Shown: in pieces, positions 14,020 to 25,400 of the stretch
How positions within the stretch are numbered: the stretch's first letter is position 1
How the letters are laid out: the number at the start of each line of letters is the position of its first letter
From: Chrysomallon squamiferum
Taxonomy: Eukaryota > Animalia > Mollusca
Direction: 5' to 3'
DNA length: 64,000 nucleotides
Assembly (NCBI GenBank): GCA_012295275.1
Contig: CM022671.1
Location: 930,001-994,000, forward strand
Program-made: the position numbers and the translations under genes
Notes under the pieces: generated by a model
Told to the model about the DNA's origin: nothing
The model's input: only the letters and a program-made list of their open reading frames with translations
Database searches by the model: none

Positions 14020-16704
14020 TTGTAGTTAGTAGAAGTAAAACTTGACTTTGTCTTCCTCTGTCTCAATCTGCTGTGTGTTAATGTATCTGAACAATAAACT
14101 TAAAATACTAACAAACATAAAAGATCATGCGTAGTGAATCAGGAATGTTAAATGTTATCAGTATTGGTACATTCTACAAATGGCATTAAACCAAACAATT
14201 CACTTCACAAGACTTTTTTCTGATTCTTCAAGTCAATCAAAAAGTTTTGTTCATGACCCATGGAGAGTTTTTATTAGAAACAGGTAAAGATAAAAACATT
14301 ATATATTATAATTCAGTTGTGATAACCAAATGTCAAATGATTTGATTAGTGCTGAGATAGGATTTTTAGACTGATTTCTTAGAATACGATAAATCACAAA
14401 TTTAAATTCAGTTTACATAACAGGTAAGTTTATAGTTAAATGAAAAAAAACAGATAATAATAATAATAATAAAAATAATAACTTATCAAAATAAATTATA
14501 CTAAACATCTTAATAAACATATATATATATATATTATGAAACTAAAAATTATATATATAATTATTTATATATAAAAAAAAAAACCAACTACTTGAACATG
14601 TCACTGGATTTAAATCTAATCTTTAAGTGTTTCATTGAAACTGCACGTTTTCTCTGGAGTTCACAAACAGTAGCATTAATTTATTTTATCAGTGTTTTAT
14701 GATTTGGTCTCTGGGTACCAGAGCAGTGATAAGAAACAGTTGGTAAGAAATACTGTTAACACTGATTTCTATTTTCAAAAAATAAGAAAAACGAGCACAG
14801 AAATATGTAGCTCAGTTTAGACAGAAACAGACTCAACCCAAAGTTACCAGTATCTGAATTCATACTTAACAATGTCAAAGTACGTAATTAGAGCACATGC
14901 TTTGGTGAAAATACCTTGGTTCTTTTTTTAAATAAGAATTTTATTGTTGCAAGTATAGTTTGGAAATATTCTAGAAAAATGCATGCAAACTGTAATGTAA
15001 AACTATTATTTTTTATCTTAAATATCAGATTATGCAAGTTCTGAGAACAAATAAAAAAATGTTGATTACTTTTTTTAAAGAAAATTTTGATTGTAGTCAT
15101 TTTTGTTGGACAATGCTTTAGAGAAATGTATACAGTTTGTAATGTAAAAGTATTTTCTTTTATTTAAATATCAGGCTGCAAGTTCTGAGAACAAGTAAAG
15201 AATTCTTGATATCATATCTTGCATTTTATTGTATAAAATTTAGAAAAACAATGTAAATATAATCACCATTCAGATTAAGTTTATTTTATTTAGATTCAGT
15301 TACAGTATAAATCAGAAAGAATCTATAATGATCTGTTGCACTGATGACACAATGTGTCAACTTTTATATGTGATTTACCTGGCTCTTGAAGTAAGTAGGA
15401 GTAACCTTCCCTGGAGCCAGCTGCAGTGTTGTAGATTAAGTTAGACCAGTGGCGTGAAAACAGCATTCTCCAGTCCAAGTGCAAGATCAGTTACATTACT
15501 GAAAATGTATAAAACTAAAATGTATCTGATACATCTTTCCTAGGGTTATGTATGATTCCTGGTATGAATATTCAGTTTCAAATAATATTTTAAAGCATTT
15601 ACAAAGTATATTATTAACAAAATCTGTAAAGAAGCTAAATTCATATTTTTTTAATTTTAAATTTTTTTTTTAATTTTCTGTTTGTTTGTTTTAATCTATA
15701 ATTGCATTTGTAGATAAATATTAAAAAATTATTTGATTTTTATTTGTACAGTGGTGGACAGAACATGAAGAAAAGTATTTTAAATACTATATAAAAATAA
15801 AACCTGTTTAAACAAACTGTTATTTCTGAACAGTAAATCAGGTTATCTTACACAACCAGGAAGATCTGTCCACTCTGGGGTTTATTATCTACCTACATTC
15901 CTGGTTCACCATGTTTGTGTATCTTTATAAATGTAAATATCATTTATAATCAGAATAGTATTTTTAAACATTTAAATTTCAAATACTGTTTGTGTGTGTG
16001 TGTGTGCGTGTATGTAAATTCTGTACATTATACATATTAAACATAACAAGCAAACGTATAACAAATATACATACATACGTACATACATACAAACATACAT
16101 ACATACATACATACTAATGTAGTGATTTTAGTCCTAGTGAATAGCTGACTGAAAGCATTTTGTATAATTATTAATAATATCACTAGAAAGACACAAACAA
16201 TGACAACTATTTTAATACTACAACTACTACTGCAGTTACAGCTACTACTATTAATAACAATAATAATGACAGCAAAAATTGTTATTGTTGAACATTACGC
16301 ATCTGTCACATAATAATGTTATAATATAATTTTTTTAGACTTATGAATGATTATGTTCTGAATTCACAGAATTGGTTTACTTTTTATGTTTGAAATACTG
16401 ACTTTTTTGTTTTGGTAATTTTACACGTTTAAGAACAATTTGCATTTTTACAATAAACTAAGATAATATTTTTACATTTAGGTGATATATAAATTAAAAT
16501 ACATACACATCCTGATTACTTTCCTAAAGTTTGAGATTGTGATTAAATTTATATCAACTATTGGCTTTTTTTAGCAGTTTATCTCTTACATATTGACAGT
16601 TTTATTAGTGATAACCATTGCCTTTGTCCAGACCAGGCAGTAGGCTTTGGGGTTTTCTGTCATGCAGTACAAGTGTAAGTTGGACATTAAACAAATGATT
16701 TGAA
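14020..16704. promoter_or_regulatory. Shared divergent upstream region of genes A and B
   Basis: 2,685 bp between the two predicted ATGs on opposite strands. Transcription starts are not determinable from sequence. Confidence 0.5.
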
Positions 16705-18706
16705 ATGTACCTGTATAAAGTCCTTGTTATACTCACCATTGAGTTTTACTGTACATATGCACAAGGTATGTTTAACCATATTTAATGTTTTGTTTTTAAT
16801 AATGCAACTTTTATTATGATGGACAAAATTAAAAATATTCTTAACAATAAATAAAAAATTATTTATATGATATAAGCAAAAGTAGATACTTTAACAAATA
16901 ATGACTGATGAAAGTTTATGATTAAAGTTAAAATAATTTATTCAGAGTTACCAAAAAATAAAAAGTACAAAACAGAAATAAATGAAAAAAGTGAAAATTA
17001 AAACTGAATGTTATATTTTAACAACTGATTTGGAAGTCGTGACTGGGTGTGCATCAGGGCAAAGAACAATATGATCATTACAGTTTAGCAGTTTGCTGGA
17101 GTGTATTTCTCAGTTATTTGTCTTTTATACTTACTCAAAGTAAACTTGTAGTTTAAAAATAACAAATAAACTTGTTGTTTAAGAATTATTTTGCTAAGAT
17201 GTATAACTTCAGTAGGCAAAAAAAAAAATCATTACATATGAATCTACTACTCTTGAGCAGTGAGATGAGAAATAAAACAGTTGATTTCATTTAGTTTTTG
17301 TATTATTCAGGATTGTAGGATAAAAGGAATAACTGGTTACTTTCTTAAGATGTCATAGCCTCTCTGCATTCAGCATTCTGACCTTTGCAGAAAATGTTAA
17401 GACAGTAATCAAATTATTCCATGTGTGTTAGTGTGTGTGGGTATAATTATGCTTTGTTATTAACAATGTATTTTGTTATTATCACTTTAATTGATAACTT
17501 GTAATTAATATATGAAATTTTATCTTTATAAAATAACAAAAAGTCTTCCTTACATAAACATGAGAACAATGGTGAATGCTGTCTGTGCACAGTATTTATG
17601 TTTACTACAAAAATAATAGTTGATAAACCACTCTGAATTAACCTTTTATTATTTCAAAGTCATGAAAAAATATCTCATAATATAATCAATTGAAGAAATT
17701 GTAGTATTAATTTTTAGTTTTTTTTGTTTGACATATTATGATTTGTCTGTTACTGTCCTTAGGTCATGATGCTGTGCATGTTACATCTGACAAAAAGAAG
17801 AGTGAAAAAAACTATAACACTGATGAAATTTTGAAACAAATACATTCATGGCCAAAGCGAAGAATTTCAGTAAGAATGAAATTATTTCAGATATTTTTTC
17901 AAATAAATATTCTTTTTAATTTCAATGAGAACCCTTCTCTTCTGACAAGATATGTAGAAACAAGCAGATGTAGACATGCATAGATACATACATGCAAGCA
18001 CATGCACCCACAAACAAACATATGGATAAATAATGGCAAACATAAAAAATAAACCCACATAGATAGATACATACAAATACCTAGACATGCGAGCACACAC
18101 ACCCACAGACACAAATATGAATAAATCCAGACAATCACAAAAAATGCCATACATCCAAATATTTAAACATGCATAGATACATACATGCAAAAATCTACAC
18201 ACACACACCGACAGGCTTTCAACATGATTATTCAAAAGATAATATACTAACCACTGATATTAAATATTCTTTGGAAAGTTTATTTAGAACAATTAAATAA
18301 ATATGTACTTGTCCTCATTAACATATGGCTAGTGTTTTGTATTATTATTTTTATTATTTATTTATTTGTTTGTTTGTTTGTTTGTTTGTTTATTATCATT
18401 AGTAATAATAGGTATTGCCAATATTTAACTTTCTGTGATTATGTTTTCTTTTTTTTTCTCTTTAATTAAGATGAAAAATATATATTACTAAAAAACAATA
18501 TTGGTAAACTTGAAATTAGGGTGATACAAAATAAAATAAAAAGTGAGAGGTTATTTTCTAATATAGAAAATAATAAAATGGTATGAAATTTTATTTCATT
18601 TTATTGTTATTTCAAGCTGATGAGAGAAAAAACATCTAAATTTAATAGTAGAAAAGTAGTAGTAGTATCAGATGCTCTTAACTGTTTTTTCTTTCTGCTT
18701 CTTATT

Positions 18707-18764
<58 letters not shown>

Positions 18765-19398
18765 TTAATGTGTTGTTTTTTTCCAGTCGTTTCCTGTTCT
18801 TCATAAACGTGTAAGAAGAGGTTGGTGGTGGGGTAGCTCTGATCACGTATGTTGTTCTAACTTGTTTTGTCTTTTTAACAAAACAATAGTTTTAAACACG
18901 ACTAATGAATAAGTTTTATACACAGACACAAGATGATATGTGTTAACATACTAACATCCATGTCAGTTTTATACACAGACAAAAGATGATATATGTTAAC
19001 ATACTAACATCCATGTCAGTTTTATATGACACAAGATGATATGTGTTAACGAACTAACATCCATGTCAGTTTTATATGACACAAGATGATATGTGTTAAC
19101 GAACTAACATCCATGTCAGTTTTATATGACACATTACACATTGCTTGAGTCACTAACAGCATACACTTTTCTTTGTTAAATGCAGTCCTTTGAATTGAGT
19201 TCTCTTTAATTTATTCTAGTTGTCATTTTAGCGTGTTTATGCTATTTTTATAGTTTCTGTTTTATTTTAAAAATAATAATGCATTGTTGTAATGTTTACA
19301 TATATAATTTTGCAGAAAACTGAGCATGGTAAGAAATAGTTTATTTGTGTTGTTGTTTTCTTTCTTATTTTATATTTTTATATTTTTCTAGTTTATTA

Positions 19399-19462
<64 letters not shown>

Positions 19463-22400
19463 TAAATTTAGATTCAAATAAAATCCAAAATAAATATTTC
19501 CATACATGAATACATAAATGAATCAAATTTGCTATTGAAAAAGACAAATGTTACATTATATGAACCCAAACAGAACTAGCTGTAGTAAGAGTAAATAATT
19601 GTAGCAGTAGAGCAAATGTAGTACTTTGATTTTTATTAATTATGTGTTTGTTAGTGATATAATTTTAATTTTTGTTTAATTTTGAATAAAAATTCATAGA
19701 TTAAAACCTTTGTGTTTCATTTCAAGTTTCCTGCCCACAAAAACCTCACTGTGTGAAACATCGTCAGTGCTCACCAGCAGAGTGTGTCACCTGTGAAAAT
19801 GGATACTACTTATCTCGTTCTGACTGTAAATGTAAAACCTAACAAAGAATTTTATTTGCAAAGCAAATTCACTATTAGTAGTATCTTTTTCTGTTTCATT
19901 TCAGTAATTGATATTTTCACTGTATTACTATGATTCCTAGTTAATACAAATTTTAATTTACTATTTAACAGAATGTCCTCACATCAACCACTGCCGAAAG
20001 ACCCAGCCTTGTACTAAATGTGTTTCATGTGATAAAGGATTTTATGGTCCAAATTGTGAAGGTATGTGTTTTAATTATCTTTTTTAAAGTATAGTAATTT
20101 CAAGTCAATATTCTTAAAGGCAATGACGTTTTTGTGGAATACTTTTAATTCTTCTTATTTAATTATTTAAATAATTATTTTAATTATTTGTATGTACAGT
20201 GTAATACACACACACATTTTACCTTTTAAATAGTTGTGATGGACAATAACATTACAATATATTCAACATTCAGTTTACTGGCACAACCAACCACGTGAAA
20301 AACATTGTAATGGACAGACAGGTTAAAACTTCATTTCTATTTTTTTTATTTTTTAAATACATATGTATACCTGAATTTCCTGTAATTATTATTCATATTT
20401 TAATTATATTGAAAACATAAATCTAATATCACTGAGACATTTATATTTAAAGAAAAGAATAACAGTTATCATAAAGATACAAATACCAGCATATGTAAAT
20501 TAAAAATTAGACATAAATATAAAATATATGCAGTATTGTAAATAGTGATGTCAGTAGCACTTATCCAAACATGACCAGTGTCACCCACTGAACAGAAATA
20601 ATGAATATGTATCAGCTGAGTTTACTGAGAAAATAGTCAGTGTATCAGTCATGTTTGTTTTAAAATATATTTCAATGTGAAAACTAATACAGATCACTTT
20701 AATTATTATATATTGTTATCATGTCTACTTTAAGATATCAAAGACATTTAATAAACTGTCCAGTAGCACACTGAAAATAAATGAAAGTCTAAGTAAATAC
20801 AGTTATTGTCTCATCTTTAATATATAATATCTTAATTTTTCTTTTTACTAGACATATTACAATGAAAGCAATAAATCTAAATAAAATACTGATCTCAGAT
20901 AATCTGTAGCACATATAAGTGAAACCATTTGTAACCAAATATGAAAATGCTTCACTACAGTTGTTTAAGGTCCTGCAATGTCAAGGGCCAGAGTGGAATG
21001 CCTTGCTCTCTTAGAATGTTTGTCTTTAAATTCTAGGCAGCTGGTGCAGTATACAGTTATGTCACATGACCAGACAGTTCTCTTTGCTAATGAAAGCTCC
21101 CAGTAGAAGACAGTCTTAATCTATCTTGCTAGCACTTACTCCCCTCTGATTGCTTTTATGAACTAATTAGTTTAAGAACATTAAATACTAACCTTTATAG
21201 AATAGGAAACAATAGTTATTATTTCACTATTTTACAATTAATGCAAATTTTAATTTACTATTTAACAGAATGTCCTCACATCAAACACTGCCAAAAGACC
21301 CAGCCTTGTACAAAATGTGTTTCATGTGATAAAGGATTTTATGGTCCAAAATGTGAAGGTATGTGTTTTAATTCTCTTTTTTAAAGTATAGTAATTTCAA
21401 GTTAATATTCTTAAAGGCAATGAAGTTTTTGTGGTTTAAAAGGGCACTGTTTTATTTCTTTATTTATTATCACTTTTAATTATTTGTGTATCTCATGATA
21501 TTTTCATCTTTTCAGACTCAGCTCAGTAATTTGTTTTGATGTGGAATATTTTTGAATACTTAATATTTAAATAATTATTATGATAACTTTGTACACAGTG
21601 CAATATATACATAAAACATACACACACATTTATTTCTTAAATTAAAAACGTAATTAACATTTCTAAATTACATCATACTAATGTTGTGTATCTGAAATGT
21701 TGCAGCTTGTCCCAGCATTAATCACTGTAGTCAGGTTGTGTGTAGTACACCTTCTGATGTTACCTGTGAACGTTGTGATGGACAGACAGGTGATATTCAA
21801 CATTCAGTTTACTGGCCAACCAACCACGGAAAAACATGCACAGGTTAAACTTCATTTTTATTTCTGTTTTGTTGTTGTTGTTGTTGTTTTTTGTTACTTT
21901 TTTGTTTTTTTTGTTGTTTTTATTTTTTTTATCTTTCTGTTGTTTTATTTTATTTTGTTTTTGTTTTTTGAATGTGTACTTTTATACTTACCATTTTGGT
22001 AATTAAATAGTTTTTGTCAAAAATATTAAATATCATAATTATAGTGATTTATTAATAATATAGATCAATAGAAAAAAGCAATAATTTGCACACACAAATA
22101 GACATGTGTCAGTACATAAGTACATGCATATATTCATTCATACAAATATATACATATATATATATATAAATACACATACATACATACAAACACACATTCA
22201 TATACGTACATCAGGCATAATGTATGCATACATACACTCAGACATAATTAATTAATAAATTCACACAGATATATTTATCATACACACACATAGTAATGAA
22301 ACTAATCTTTCACTTATTTACTTACTTATTTGTTTATTTATTATTATTATTATTATTTTATATATATATATATTTTTTTTTTTGTAGCTACATGTTCTTG

Positions 22401-25400
22401 GGAAAAAAGATGGTGCTGGCCTGGAGAATGTTCTGATAACTTTGGATCATCATGTCAGTGCAGAAAAGGTTTTAAGAAAGTCGTTGGCCAAGACTTCATT
22501 AAATGTGACTGTGAGTTAACTCTGATTTACAAATACACAGACAGACAGACACACACACACAAACACAACACACACACAACATGCACACACAACACATACA
22601 CAACACACACACACAACATACACACAACACACACACAGACACACACACAGACACACACACACACACAGACACACACACAAAGAAACACACATGAAAAGCT
22701 TCCATGTAGAGCATTTATGAAGTGTTTCTCAAATGGAAGACAGGAATCTGGCAGTATATAACATAATTAAAAATCCCTTTTTGAATCATCCTTACAGGAG
22801 ATATCATTTGGAATAGTGACACACTAACACTGGAACATTGTGAAGTAGCATATATTTCACTGGCTGGTCAGAGTTGATTCATTCTTCACATTTAATCTGG
22901 ACATTTGTGTTACTGACACATGGAAGAGGCAAACATCATGCAAACTTGTTTACAGCTAAAGATCTCTAATGGTGTTATGATCTGTTTTATATGACTGTAG
23001 AAGAACATGATAATATCATCTATGACCACTACATCCAAAGTTTTTAACTAGTTGTTGTGTCCCATTGTTCCTGTGTGTGACAGCAATTATACAAAACACT
23101 TTTCTCTTGCTTATTTACATGGGTTGGTCAAAAGTCCAAATATGAATACATTCAATATTACTGAAACATCACTGGACCTTGTGTATGAGAAATGGACCCA
23201 ACTGGTATCTTAGAACTAAAATAAAATAGTTAAATGGTTTTCAATTCAATTATAATATTGAATATTGCCATACATGTCTATATTGTTATTGGACTAAAGA
23301 CTGATTTAGCATCTTGCCTTTTGTTCAAATACTGTTAATAACATTTAGTCACATTATGTTGTATTTGATTTTTCTGTATAAAAAAAAATGTGTCTCTGTG
23401 ATTTTATTTCTGATTTAAATAACTCTTCACATTTTTATTTTTAAAGCTGTTGTTAATGACTGAAATTTCTATCTAATTATTATTTGTCATGATTACTATT
23501 GTCTCTGTAATTCCATGCACTGTTTGTCATTAGTGACAGCAGGACCTGATCTCGTGACATGCAGTGTTTCTGTACAAGATCAACACGGTCAGACTGCTCG
23601 ATCTACTCCTGGCAGTATTACTGGCTGTGAGTATGAAAGTGATTCATACACAAATGTTCAGCTCAACAAAAGACTCAGCTTTGTTCTCCTGGCAACATTT
23701 GACAAGAAAACAGACTTGAGGGGACCATTTCCTGCCTATATTGATGGTTCAGCAACTGCCACAGGAATAGTGAGTGGTGAAGCACAAGTTTCTGTGGTAT
23801 CACTCAATGGTACGATGTGTCTTATTATTACTAAGACGTTGTCATCAGTTTATTATTATGTCAAATATAAAATATTTCATTAAAAAGTTTTATTTTGTAC
23901 AGCAATTTTAACTGCTTTATTCAAAATCATCTTTGGTTAGTAAATTTTCTTTTTATCTTCTTTAGGTTTGACATGTTTATTCTCAGTAAAATTCTATCTT
24001 GTACAGTCAACAGTTGTGTAATTTCAGGTTCTCACAAACAGATTAGAAGAGTTCCTCTCAAAGGTGGAGATCACTGTGCTGATTTGATACAAAACTTGTC
24101 TCCAGCCTCCATGATGAACTGTCACCTGTCTCTCAATATCACTTATACATTACAAAATGGAGAAAAGTAAACATTTGTCAATTATCATTTGTAATGATCT
24201 AAAATTAATTCTGTTGTACATTAAATATCTGTATGTTTACTACATATTACAGCTTATACAAACAGATGGACTTAAAACTATTCAAATAAGTATGTATGTA
24301 TGAGTGTGTCTGTATGTATAGTATTCATTCAGACTTTATGTGTGAATGTATTTTGAATAATTCAAACAATAATGTTCAATAATTAAATAAAAACTACAGT
24401 AATGTTTGCAAATTTAGATTAAATATTAAGGAATCAATAAACAGATTTTTTATCTTGTTTTACAGATTGTGCATTCATTTTGATGTATTTTCTGGAGGTT
24501 ATTTTAACTATTCTGATTTTGGTCAACATCCAGTGAAAACAGAACTATTTTCCCGCAAACACAAGACAAAGACATTATGTCTGAACTATGACAGTGTAAA
24601 ACCACAACACTGCTCAGCTCTGAATACTCCTGCCTGCAGCAGCTCAGTGATGTTTGTGGACAAAAGAATAACTAAAACAGATGAGATATCAGTGACAGCT
24701 GGAGATGGTTGGATTGATCCCTGGCCTACAAATGGTGTCCAAGCATCTGGAATCACACATAACACTGTTGAGCTATTCGAAGTTAAAGCCAAAGGCAAGG
24801 TCTTGGAGGTTGAGGAAAAAAGTTTAAACCCACCACTGAAAAAAGAAGTTTATTACCCAAAATCTATTAATGTATCTTTTGTTCTTCCAAAATCTCCTGC
24901 TTTATACTGTGTCATGCTTGAAGTTCATGACAATGCTGGCAATGTGAAATTTGCCAGACGATTTGTTCTGTTTGATGATAACTCAACTATTAAAATTAAC
25001 ACAAGAAATCCTCTACTTGTGTCATCATCATCTAAAGTGACAAACTACAAATGGCAGGTGAATCACAGATCAGTTTGCGTGAAGTGGAAAAACAGATATT
25101 ATAATTCTTACTACATTAAAAACAATTTGTTAGCTCCTATCAGACCTGATGTCAACAATGCAATCACTGGAGTGTATGATCAACTTACTGGCAAACTTCC
25201 TGTAAATGGAACCAGGAATATACATGGTTTGACACGATTCTCATATTCCTATTCCTTAAACCATGGTCCATTCTCTCCACAGAAGTATGTGACTGACTTT
25301 GAGGATGAATCAGTCTGTTTGAATCTGAGTTTGTCAGATGGTGACACATACACTTTTATCATCACAGCTGAAGATGTCATGGAAAACAGACTGAGTGAAA

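Noticed and set aside
13716-18814. Poly-Tyr and other low-complexity ORFs
   Set aside because: They derive from (AAT)n, (AAAT)n and CA-rich simple repeats.
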